Shown here: piece after piece, positions 10,882 through 22,040 of the stretch | Layout: each line of letters begins with the position of its first letter | How positions within the stretch are numbered: position 1 is the first letter of the stretch | Notes under the pieces: generated by a model | Told to the model about the DNA's origin: nothing | Databases searched by the model: none | The model's input: only the letters and a program-made list of their open reading frames with translations | NCBI RefSeq assembly: GCF_040938485.1 | Contig: NW_027271416.1 | Span: forward strand, 186,001 to 250,000 | From: Diadema antillarum | Taxonomy: Eukaryota | Direction: 5' to 3' | Length of the DNA: 64,000 bases | Program-made: the position numbers and the translations under genes

Positions 10882-11969
10882 TCAGTAAGGTACGACGAAG
10901 ACATAAGGATAGTCAAACATGTAGAATGGCGACGGGTTGTGGTAGAAACTCCCTTCACGGTAAGGCGATGGATACGAAGAAGTCGGTCGGCTGCTTCGGG
11001 AGAGGAAGTCTACAGACATCAAGGGATTGGTGGCGCCCTGCTGCCTTCGATGAGATGTCGTCTGCTGCAAACTCATGATGTCACGCTTCTCGTTGATGCG
11101 GAGAGTCGACCAGGAATCCAGTGATCGGCTGCTACGAGACAGGAAATCGACTGACATCGGTGAGTCGTCGATGGCGAACTTCTTGGGCTGCGGTGTGCTC
11201 TCCTGGTCGATGACGTCAGTTGTTGCAAAGTGTTTCCTCTTACGTAGGCAGTGGGTCTCACTTTCCGCAACACCGAGACGGTTGTCGATGGAAGGTGAGA
11301 AGGACTTGAGGAAGGATCGACGATGCCGTGAGCGACGGTTCTGAAACCAGACCTAGAAAGAAAATGAATAAAATATGACTATTAAGAAACAAACAAAACA
11401 ACAGTCTATCGTTCTATCCTAATACAAAGCCTGATCAATTCGGCCTCTTGAGACACTAGTTGCACAGCTTCGATTACAGTTTGTTTGTATAGAAACTGAA
11501 TCAATATTCATTCGGTAATAAGCAGGAAGAATATTGTTGACAATAAGAGGTTACTTTATTTGCTACTATAATTTCATACTTATTATGCTATTATACTGCT
11601 TCAAATAATTAAATTGGATATTTCATAGTAACAAACTCAGACTATAAGCAATGTTGATATATAGTGTCATTTAAACGCCAATTGAAATGATTTTAATTAG
11701 TTGATAACTTAAACATTGGTTGAGTACATCTTTTCATACCAGATTCTATGCCGTATATCTAATATGACAATGAAACCTACGTGTATTCTGTCTTCATTCA
11801 GACCCAGTGTAGCTGCCAGTTTCTTCCTGGAAACGATGTCGGGATACTGGTCGATGTCGAACTCGGCCTTCAGTCTCTCGAGTTGCCATTCGGTGAACCT
11901 AGTCTTACGTCGAGGACGAGGTCGCTTGGAAGGACCAGACATCGGGACGTGAAGCAACGAATCAGCCAT
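10882..11969 (-). CDS. pmar1: PRD-class Q50 homeobox repressor, pmar1/micro1 family, copy B (2 exons, 219 aa)
   Basis: Exon 1 is 11969-11781 (MADSLL...RPRRKTRFTEWQLERLKAEFDIDQYPDIVSRKKLAATLGLNEDRIH, donor GTAGGT). Exon 2 is 11352-10882 (acceptor ttctag; VWFQNRRSRHRRSF...MSVDFLSRSSR x2...VVPY*). Exon 2 has the same length (471 nt) as in copy A. Homeodomain identity to copy A is 47/60 by hand count. Confidence 0.9.
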
Positions 11970-12154
11970 GTTGGATAGCGATTTTAGCCTGGGAGATGTT
12001 TGAGGGATCGGTGACGGGTAATCGTGTTCGGATGTTCAGTCAGGTAAGAAGACAATTCGCTTGTGACTAGCTTCTATCCCAGTTGATTCCCGTCAGTAGT
12101 TTTCATTTCATGGAAAGCTACAATTCATTTCTGTGCTGCATGTATGGTATGGGA

Positions 12155-12195
12155 ATAGTTGATTGGTCAGACTATGCAACCAATGGGATTAACGG
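12155..12195 (-). promoter_or_regulatory. Proximal promoter module of pmar1 copy B (ATTGG..CCAAT..GGATTA)
   Basis: GATTGGTC...ACCAATGGGATTA about 190 bp upstream of the ATG, in the same order and at a similar distance as in copy A. Confidence 0.45.
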
Positions 12196-13016
12196 GATGG
12201 ACGAGGGGGTAGATCTATTTTGCTTTAAACAAAAGCATCCACCTCTGACCAGGCGTGGATGGTCATTAATTTGGCGGCAAAGATCAAACTGCTTATTTCA
12301 ACAATACATCGACAGTATAGCCTAAAAAGCTCGTGCGCGGTGCGTACGCTTTAATCATTGCTCCTTTCATTCCTTTTCATTTGTCACACTTTCCGCCTTT
12401 GTTCGTGCTACTTAGGAATGTACGGACCTGCCCTGCCTCCTTTTAATGGAAGTGTTATATGAGATGTGATTCAAGTTAGACTGAAGTTCCAAAGACTTTT
12501 ACGCTAATGAGAATGCGGAGTCTGTCAGTCAATGTCCATCTGTCAATCTCAATCTCATTCGAGACCCACTGTGTCGTCATGGGAAAGCGAAGTTGACGTT
12601 TAAACAGGATCTCATACGCTCTTACAATAAAACAGTGTATTACCCTCTGTCCGGATTATTTCAAAGAAGTATCTTTACGCTTCATAACAAATTGATACCC
12701 GTTCGGGCTTCATGATGTATAACTTTAAATGAAAATGAGAACTAATATTCCACTACCGTTTACTCTATTGGTATTTTTTTAAGGTAATTCAATGTTATGC
12801 ATGCTTTGTTCACAATAGTTGCCCTTTGCTTTGTTCACAAAGCTTGCCGAAGGCTAGCCTTACCTATAACAACATCCACTGACATTGCGTTAGAAACTTA
12901 CTACTGTAATACAATGACATGTAATACTGAGCTATACGGGGAAAAAAAAACATTCATGAAGGTCTAATACATTGCAGAAACGGTCTGTTTTTATGCCTGC
13001 TCCCGGGCACCATTGC

Positions 13017-13028
13017 GATGATGATTAC

Positions 13029-13066
<38 letters not shown>
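13017..13066. repeat. (GAT)n microsatellite
   Basis: Direct inspection. Confidence 0.9.
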
Positions 13067-13067
<1 letters not shown>

Positions 13068-14113
13068 CATTTATCTTATCTATCCGAAATAGCCGACATA
13101 TAGCCAAGATATCCCAGGAGAGTCTTCATCAATTTTTGGCACTTCGCTGAAGTAACAACAATGTCAGGTATAGGCCTATATCCATTCATCACCCAGGTGA
13201 CTCTTCAGTTACCTGCTTGCACAAGTCCATGATGGTGCGATTTCTTTGGAAGCATGTGTGGCAGTATGTATGGTAAAATAGATACCTTGACATCTCTTCT
13301 TCTTGCTCGTCTTCTTTTTTGTTCTTTCTCTTTTCTTTTTCTTTTTCTTTTTTTTTGGGGGGGGCACATCTATGACAGTGTTGTTAATTGCGTATACGGT
13401 ATACAGCTTGGACGACACGGATTGTCTTCTTGAATATGAATCGAATACATCTCTATCACATCGAACGATTATTCTCATACATTTTTTTATGGTCTACATT
13501 GAATCCTTCGATACAGTACCGTAAGGCCGCATATTTTCTGTTGTTGTTCCGTTAGCTAAAGAGTTGATGATCCTGTGTCAAATAATCTTTTATACTGAAA
13601 ATTCATATTGGTGGCTTTAGTTGAGCACCTTCTTTCATAGTCCCATTACACTTAATATAAAGGGGCATTTTTTTTCCTATGCTATTTTGTTATGAATTAT
13701 GGAATACATTTAGATTTTTTTTTCTTTAGAGGAAGACAGAGGTAAGCCATTTTCAGTCCAATCGAGTGTAAATATTCACATTTACACTTGGGTACACACA
13801 CACAACTGCACACACACATACACACACACACACACGAATGTATATATATATATCAATATCAGGCGCAGCAGAATTCTGCGTCATTTACAGATCAATGTCG
13901 ATAGATTATTTCAAAAGGATTTAAAAAAATGCCATAGAAATTTGTTTTGCATGTGTTGTTTTAATCAAGACAATACACACGTACTGTGCAAGTACACTAC
14001 CGTCATGAGTGTCTTAACAATTACAACAAAAAGTTGTAACTTCAATAAAGCAGGATAACTGAATTGGAAGTAGATCATAGATATTCATGTGCACAACATG
14101 GGAACCTCAAATC

Positions 14114-14185
14114 GAACCACTTTTTCAGCTACCTACGACCTTTTTGTACGAAGATTTCCGCAGATCGCGTCATAGAATGCAGTTC
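14114..14185 (-). other. SECIS element (type II) in the 3' UTR of the selenoprotein M gene
   Basis: Minus strand reads GAACUGC-AUUCU-AUGAC-GCGAUCUGCGG-AAA-UCUUCGUACAAAAAGG-UCGUAGGUAGC-UGAA-AAA-GUGGUUC. Helix I has 7 bp (GAACUGC/GUGGUUC). The core is AUGA...UGAA. Helix II has 11 bp with one mismatch. Unpaired AAA lies at 14157-14155 with an apical mini-stem CUU/AAG. It is about 1.1 kb downstream of the stop of a UGA-containing ORF. Confidence 0.85.
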
Positions 14186-14666
14186 ACATGAATATCAATG
14201 TTGTCCTTTCCAATTCGTGCTGTTGAGTGGTGAATCTTTATCTAACATCTTATACAATGATTTGTGTTCATTATCAAAGGAGAATATATTATACACATGT
14301 TATACAATGTTACACGTTGTATCACCGCATAGAATCCTGAGACATAGCAAATCGAGCAATGCTACGTTCAGAGACTGGTCGGGCAAGTTAGTGCAGTGTT
14401 GTGAGAACAGATTTTTGGAATGAAACTAAACGATACATAATCACTGTACGAACTAATAATTATTATTTTGAATCGATCTGGACCTGAAGGAGACGTCACC
14501 GAGGAAAATAATCCTATTACATCTATTAAAAAAGAACCTTAGTAGGGGACTTCAAATTTAGCTGCAAGTACTGTGACTTTGACCGCGGCTATATATCCTT
14601 TTTTTTATTATGTTTTTTAACGGAAATAAATATCGACCTACCTACCTATGTATATGGACAACTTAA

Positions 14667-15071
14667 AGGGATCGTATAGTTTTGGTTGAGACCTAACTTC
14701 AGGTTTCTAACATTTCTTTTTCTTGGGGGGGGGGGTGGAGTGAGATAATAAGAAACCTCACATGAAATGTTAAAAAAAAAATTAATTCCCAGAGGGATTC
14801 AACGTTTATTTGATGAAAATTGGTTTTGAAATGGCTGAGATATTCAAAACAGAGCGATCCGAACAAAAGCTGGGACCCGCCTTTTATTGCAATGTACAAT
14901 CGCTTTGTTTTACTTTGTTTTTGGATGTCTCAGACATTCCAAAACCAATTTTCATTGAATGAACGTTGAATTCCTCTTCGAACGGTATGCTCTGCGCTAT
15001 TTCATATGCGGTTTCTAAGTATCTCGCAACAAAAACCTTATCCTAATCTCCACCAATACTATACTATCCAT
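14667..15071. mobile_element. Non-autonomous DNA transposon with TTAA target duplication (Kolobok/piggyBac-like)
   Basis: TTAA|AGGGATCGTATAGTTTTGGT ... ACCAATACTATACTATCCAT|TTAA. A related copy lies at 25762-26168. Confidence 0.75.
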
Positions 15072-15283
15072 TTAACTTGGATGATGTACTAGAGTGGAGT
15101 TAGCAATGTGTCCATCGAAACCCTTTAGCTTGGGTGATGGTGTTAGCAATGTTTCCATCGAAATTATTCATTACGATTTGAACAGCTCAAGGTAACATAT
15201 CATCACAAGTCTTATTACAACGAGTCTTCTGTCACACAACTCCCTGCTTGGTCTCGTTCAGGTTTGATCTGGTGCCCAGTCTT

Positions 15284-17774
15284 CTACAGCTCATCTCTGT
15301 AAAAGTCTTCCTTTATCTTCTTTGACTTTTTAAAGCCATGCTTCTTCATGAGCCGTTTCAGTCCAGCGCGATCATATGGAGCCAAATCTATTCGCTGTTA
15401 ACCGAGAGAATGAATTCAAGAAACAAAGCACGAATGTCGGACTTGATGATCGATATTTTGTCTCAGCGAAAACATTATGTAATACAGGAAGTGTACGAGG
15501 AAATATATTATATTTAGTACTCCACATTGCATAGCCATAGGTCTGATTGAAATTTCTAATACAGTGCCATTAAAACAGAAAACATCAATGATGATGATTA
15601 TCAAGAGATATATATTAAGGCACGAAATAGTAAACAAATGCATAAACATGAAAGAAAATAAAACCCCAATCTAATTATTCTGACGTTTAATCCCATTTAG
15701 TGGTAGTGGTTTCTTTGTCCCAGTTTCCTATAGAGGAAGAATAGCATGAGTTCGTTGTGTTACAAAGGATGGTTCAGTCATTATGGTCTCATGACTTGTA
15801 GAAGACTTCCATGTTGGAACCTGCATGCTGTCTTGAATGTTTGGAAATTTGAAAACGAATCCCTAAAATGCAGAAGAGTTTGATGTATTCTGTTTAATGT
15901 GAAGTGATAGCGACCTGGCAGTTCTGCATAAAATCTGCTGACATAATACTAAGAAAAACAAACAAACAAATACACAAACCAACTAAACTAAACAAAACAT
16001 ATCGAAACAATTTATTACCTCAATCGTCTTTCCTTTAGCATCAAGAAGAAGCAAATCTGGATTAGCATGGGGGATGACTTCAAATGTGACATCATGACTG
16101 TGTGTGTATTAGAATTTAGGTTAAGATGAATCCATATTCTATCAATCTGAACAATGAGCAGCAATAATGTAATAAAAAAATGAAATGCAATTCTACTTAT
16201 TATACACATGTTACGCTATAGATTCTGTAATACCCACCGATGATGCAAATTCCACTTCATTGCAATGTCGTTATGTTCCAGTGCTCCTGATATATACGTA
16301 TCACCTGACTACAACTATATATATACAGTGAATTTTCTCTCCTTTTTTGAGTACTTTCCTGCCTGCCCTTTTGTTGCTTATATGCGGTATGTTGTTGTTG
16401 TTCAACATTCTTTATTACATGAATAAACAATGTGACATCAAACGCCTAGGTTGCTTCCTGGATTAAACAGGAGACCGTCAAAAGGTAAAGACAAAGGACA
16501 ATACATTATAACATGTAAATACATCTTACATACAAGACATACTCAACAAATACAATAATACATAATCACGAACAAATTGACAAACATACATTTATATATA
16601 CAAACGAATTAAAATATGCAATATTTTATTCTAAAGCATACATTTCTATCTTAATAATACAATTTTGTCTCATTCTTCTGTTTTTTTTGTGTCTTCTATT
16701 TCCCTCTCACTAAGTCATTCTCTTATATGTTTATGATTATAGCCATGATTATACACTCAGCAAAAAAAGTAAGTTCCCCCCTAACATTTTTGAATATATC
16801 TCAAAAAGTGTTGTACGGATTTTCATAATTCAAACGGAAATGGATAGGAAATTTCATTACTCATAACATGAATGGCATATTATTGCCACCAGATATCATT
16901 ATTGGTGTTAAAAAACGCATTTTATGTCAAAATGCATGGGGAAAAAGTTGCACTTTAGGCTATATGAAGCATATTGTATACATTTCCTATGTAAGTTTAA
17001 TAGCAAATGACCTTTTTAAATTGTGTAATTCTCAGGAATTTCTTCAGGTACAATGTGCTTCCCTAATAATCAGATGTTATGCATATTTTTTAAACAATAG
17101 CCTTTTCAATATGAAAATGTTGGGAGAAGCCATGTGATTTGTAATTCCAATTTGGGTTGATCACATTAATGTGCCTATGGCCATTTTGCATCCTGCGCTC
17201 AAGTTGTAGATCAGTTTGTTGAGGGAAATGGCATCGAACGTATGGAGTGGCCTACAAGATCCCCTGACTGTAATCCAGTAGAGAATCTTTGGGATATCAT
17301 TAAGCGGAAAGCAAGCAAGGAGGTGAAAAATGACACTTTACAGCAATAATTTCAGCGCATCTTGCAGAGAGCATGGGCCAACATTGAGCAGCGCCAAGTA
17401 CAAACTTCAGTTAACAGTTAACGGTGGACATATCAATTATCAAATACTTGACTGTATGCTCATGAAAAGAAAGAGATAGAAAAATATGCAATAAACCATT
17501 CTTAAATGTTCAGAATCATGATTGATTGTTTGATTATTTGTGTAAAAGTCACTGCAAATCACTAAAGTGCAACTTTTGTTTCCATGCATTTTGACATAAA
17601 ATGCATTTTTTCACACCAATAATAATATCTGGTGGCAATGATTTGCCACTCATGTTGTGAGTAATAAAATTCCTTATCCATTTCCGTTTGAATTATGAAA
17701 ATCGGTAAAATACATTTTGAGATATATCCAAAAATGTTAGGGGGGAACTTACTTTTTTTTGCTGAGTGTATATA

Positions 17775-17817
<43 letters not shown>

Positions 17818-20453
17818 TATATAATATGTCAAGACTTCTGAAGAAGGCGGAGGCCGTTCAAAATTTGAGTCGAATAAAACTAATTCTTTATTGGCAAAAA
17901 ATTGCATTACCAGTTTATTTCTTCATTATATAATGTATCATATATATTCATAAATCATGGCTCAGCAAAAACATTTTTCTCTAGTAACCCACTAACGGGA
18001 CACTAAAATCTTTGAATTTTGATTTTTGGGGAAATGAAAAAGAATTGTAGGGGCCTCAAAATAAAAAGAAATTTACAGATTTGATTTGAACGTCTTTGCC
18101 CAATTGTCCAACCAAACGATATCTTTTGAAAAATTGGTGGCCTGACATCAATANNNNNNNNNNNNNNNNNNNNNNNNNNNNNNNNNNNNNNNNNNNNNNN
18201 NNNNNNNNNNNNNNNNNNNNNNNNNNNNNNNNNNNNNNNNNNNNNNNNNNNNNNNNNNNNNNNNNNNNNNNNNNNNNNNNNNNNNNNNNNNNNNNNNNNN
18301 NNNNNNNNNNNNNNNNNNNNNNNNNNNNNNNNNNNNNNNNNNNNNNNNNNNNNNNNNNNNNNNNNNNNNNTACAAATTATCATTATCATTTATATTATTA
18401 TTATTATTATCATTATGTGCCTGCTGTGTATAAAGTCAGTAGCGCATAAGTCGAAGCTAATTCTCCAGTCCCACTGTACAGTGTATACAAAATGCAGAGT
18501 ATCAGACTAAACGTGAAAAAAAAAGATATACAGTGTAGAGTAAAAGAAATAGCCAACATCCCCTGAAAAAAAAGGATACTAATACGGCAGGTCTTCGAAG
18601 ATAAATGCCCTCACTTCGGGGAGGGAGTTCAGTTGTCATCCCTGGCAGCTCTGTGAAGGGGGAGAACAAGGAGATGGAGAGAGCTCCTTAGGTTGCGGTA
18701 CACTATTTCATCTGGCTCACTTCTTGTATTTCCTCATTTTCTTCAAGTGATCGCTGTGATCATTTCTATTATGACCCAAATTTTCAAAAGAATGTAAAAT
18801 TATACCAAATATTCGAATTCAGTCGAACAGAAACAGGACTAAGCATGCACGAATTTGACGAAACTTGCACACGCGCGTCAGCGTGGTTTCATCGTGTTGG
18901 TGATATATTATGTGTAACGCCAATGTATATAAGCAGGCGAAATTTTCACAGTCTGTGGACTAGATTTCAACTCTTCAATGTGTATTCAAAGCTATACATG
19001 ATTGTACTACTACATCATTGTACCTTTAACTGATGCAATGGAGTAAGTAAATATTGACAGAAGTATAAGTTGCCACAAACTAATCCGAGAATATTGTACA
19101 GGACGCGGGATTTGTTGTGGTATGAGGAGGGAATCTACGAGAATAGTAAGTCGAAAGTCGATAGGATTTGCGGAAAATAAAGGAAAAGCAGGAGATTTTT
19201 TAGTTCAACACTATAGCTCAGAAGAGATATAGTATCAACAACAAACTAGAGGATTAAACATCATGATTATTTTAGAACATGAACGCGATCTCCTTGATGT
19301 GCTGTGAACAGCAAAAACACGAAAAATGCACAATTAAACATATATACTTACGCTATAGATGTGGATATTTATGACAATTCATATTCACAAGATATTGTAG
19401 TATAAGCATCATAAGAATGGTTGACAATGGTTGATTAATCAATTGTTAGCCTATGGTACGTATTTTGCAACATTAATGTTTAAACACAGTAATGATGCAA
19501 GGGAGTACTAACACGGAAGCCTACAATATCAATTGATTCTTATTATTGATTGGCCCTTTATTACGTGTCTTGAGGGTGCAACAAACTCGTCATACAACAC
19601 GTGTGCAGCGTTTGCGCAGATGTGAGCAAGGTCATTGTAGATGAAGTCACCGTACAAAGGACAATGATTGGTGGTATTTCTGACACCTATTTGCTGTGCA
19701 CACGAGAGATGACATAAACACTTGGGCCTATTTACGTGCGTTGTTGCAATCGCATTTTCTGATAAATCGAGGGGAAAGTAAAAAAAAAATAGTGTCGGCA
19801 GCTGTTCTCAACAGATGTATCCATGTTGAGTTGAGATGACCTGTTTCATGACGTGTCCACTAACCACACTAAGCAAAAGAGCATGGAACGTAAATGTACA
19901 ATATACATTGAGTATATGCGACAATATCGTGGGAGCTTATTAGTGAACACTTTGAGGAAAATATTGGACAATCCCTTCAAAAGATATGACTTTTTTTTCA
20001 AGTGTTGCCATTGCTGGATGAGAAGGCTTGGTCAGATTGTGATGTCACACATTTATGGACAAGGACATAACGAAAGTTATTATCAAGAATGAAAAGCACA
20101 CATTCCCTACCGTTTTACTCTTCCCTACTAACAACAACATATTAAGGGTAATATTATAACCCCCTGTTTTCTTAAAGAGATAATTCAATAAGTACTTTTT
20201 CATTATTCTAGGAAAATTAGAATAGGCATTGAATCATCTTCATTAAAAAAAATAGTAAATGGTAAGGCAGATAAGCCGTTTTCATGAATAGTAAAACACA
20301 GACGCAGAGGAAAGAAGAATGCACGTGTCTCACCTCGATTCTGCCACTGACAATCTTTTTCTGTTCTGTCTTTCCCAAACCTGCAGACAGTACACCGACT
20401 GCCAAAAGTAAAATGCCGACTCCAGCACCAACGAAACAGCGCGAAAGCAGCAT
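15284..20453 (-). CDS. SELENOM: Selenoprotein M (Sep15/SelM thioredoxin-like family), 4 exons, 126 aa, Sec encoded by UGA at 18638-18636
   Basis: Exons 20453-20334, 18650-18580, 16097-16019 and 15394-15284, all GT-AG with phases 0/2/0. Translation: MLLSRCFVGAGVGILLLAVGVLSAGLGKTEQKKIVSGRIE-SCQGUQLNSLPEVRAFIFEDLPYY-HDVTFEVIPHANPDLLLLDAKGKTIE-RIDLAPYDRAGLKRLMKKHGFKKSKKIKEDFYRDEL*. It has a signal peptide, a CxxU redox motif, clear similarity to SelM (CGGUQLNRLKEVKAF..DIPFYHNL..HLPGADPELVLL), an RDEL ER-retention signal and a downstream SECIS. Confidence 0.93.
16754..17768 (+). mobile_element. Internally deleted Tc1/mariner element with TIRs of about 205 bp (in SELENOM intron 2)
   Basis: TA|CACTCAGCAAAAAAAGTAAGTTCCCCCC ... 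GGGGGGAACTTACTTTTTTTTGCTGAGTG|TA. TIRs span about 16754-16958 and 17562-17768. The internal remnant encodes WPTRSPDCNPVENLW (17248-17292), the Tc1 transposase WPxxSPDLNPIE motif, followed by stops. Confidence 0.92.
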
Positions 20454-21076
20454 GGTGCAACGGGCGGACCAGACCAAGTATTGAACCAACCTTCCCTCGA
20501 CAACGCCTGTGATGCAGTGAGATGTGTTTCGCTCTCGGTGGAAATCCCTGTCTGAATGCGTTACGAACAAACTGCAATCTTAACCCTCTCATGCGCCACT
20601 ACTTTCAAGCATCATCGGGACCTTCCACAGTCCAGTCGCCCGTGGTAATGACTGGGTTAAATAGCTTGCGAAGCAATGGCAGATCGCGAACAAAAGACAC
20701 GAGCGACAACAGATGCGTGAAACAAAAATATTGATCACACTTCCTTACAGCCGCGATCGAAATTTCTCAAATCACCAATAATTCTAGACCACTCGTTTGG
20801 TACATCGTATCATACTATCATTGGCTACATTTGTTTCGATTTTTTTTTTCAATGACTCACTTTACTTGCCACGCAAACAGTGACAAGGCTAACTCTTTAG
20901 GGATGCATTTAGTAGCTTTTATGTTTATACTTCAACAATAAAATTGTTTCATTATAGGCCGAGGTAGAGAAATCTGATGTAGACTCTACTCCGCAGCCGG
21001 CGCGACTGGCAATTCTATACTTTGTAAAAAGAGAACTAAAATGGTGGATCACGACGTCGACAGGAAACATGTCCTG

Positions 21077-21233
21077 GGCCCCATTTCATAAAAGATGTTA
21101 GGATGGCAACTCTTGCTGGAATGGCAACTTTCAATAGCAACTGCCAATCAGGAAGCTGGATTCTTGTCGTTACTATGACAATTGCCATTTCAGCAAGAGT
21201 TGCTATCATATCAACTTTTCTTGAAATGGGGCA
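21077..21233. mobile_element. MITE with GGCCCCATTTCA TIR and CWG target duplication (family A, copy 1)
   Basis: CTG|GGCCCCATTTCATAAAA ... GAAATGGGGCA|CTG. The same element occurs in the opposite orientation at 27305-27461 and 62594-62751. Confidence 0.85.
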
Positions 21234-22040
21234 CTGCAGTCTCGATGTGCCTGTATATTTTATTCGGATTGTTGTTAATGTTGTTTGTTTTGTTTTGGTG
21301 AAAATTGGAAAGTGAAGTACATAGAGTAATGTATGACTGTAGTCCGGCGTCAGTGTGAAGGAAAGCTAGCGAGTGAAAATGTAGTCCTGAGCTGGTGGAG
21401 TGGGTGGGAACGCCAGTACGGATGAACGGTAAAAAACAGAGCTTACAGAGTTTTTGTATACACAGTGCCGTAGATATTGAATGTTTCATTGCAGAGAAAA
21501 TGAGAGTATGCAAATGTCATTATCCATTGGTGAATGATAAAACTTTTCTTTGCTTGACAATAAACACATAATCTTATCTCCGTATATTTTAAAAGTAATA
21601 AGCAATCACACTAAAACATCGACTTTGGAATGTAAAGATTTATATTCTATCAATTATTTTGTTACTTTAATGTTACCATCAACACATTGGTTATATGTAT
21701 CGTGTGCACCACTAGGGAAACCCCCCCCTCCCAAAAAAAAAACCCCAACAACAACAACAAACAAACAACAGTACTTTCTGTGGACAGCACATACACANNN
21801 NNNNNNNNNNNNNNNNNNNNNNNNNNNNNNNNNNNNNNNNNNNNNNNNNNNNNNNNNNNNNNNNNNNNNNNNNNNNNNNNNNNNNNNNNNNNNNNNNNNN
21901 NNNNNNNNNNNNNNNNNNNNNNNNNNNNNNNGATATATACAGTGTACTCCCGTTATAACGAACATGTTATAACGAAATTCCAGTCACGACCAAGTAAAAA
22001 TTCAGGCTGCAAAATCATCCGCTCTGTGTGAATGTATACA

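Noticed and set aside
10794-11344. Plus-strand ORFs overlapping pmar1 exon 2 (also 6034-6222 and 6457-6711)
   Set aside because: Antisense shadows of GC-rich coding exons.
18577-18650. Reading the exon in another phase to avoid the TGA
   Set aside because: Only the TGA-containing frame gives the SelM-like QLNSLPEVRAFIFEDLPY and joins both neighbouring exons in phase.
19565-19695. GC-richer stretch in SELENOM intron 1 with an AG acceptor and open minus-strand frames (QIGVRNTTNHCPLYGDF...)
   Set aside because: Exon 1 splices in frame directly to the SCQGU exon to give a complete SelM. This segment has no family similarity and no good donor.
20203-20592. 129-aa and 117-aa ORFs at the SELENOM 5' end
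   Set aside because: Only 20453-20334 is the signal-peptide exon. The rest is UTR and intron read-through.
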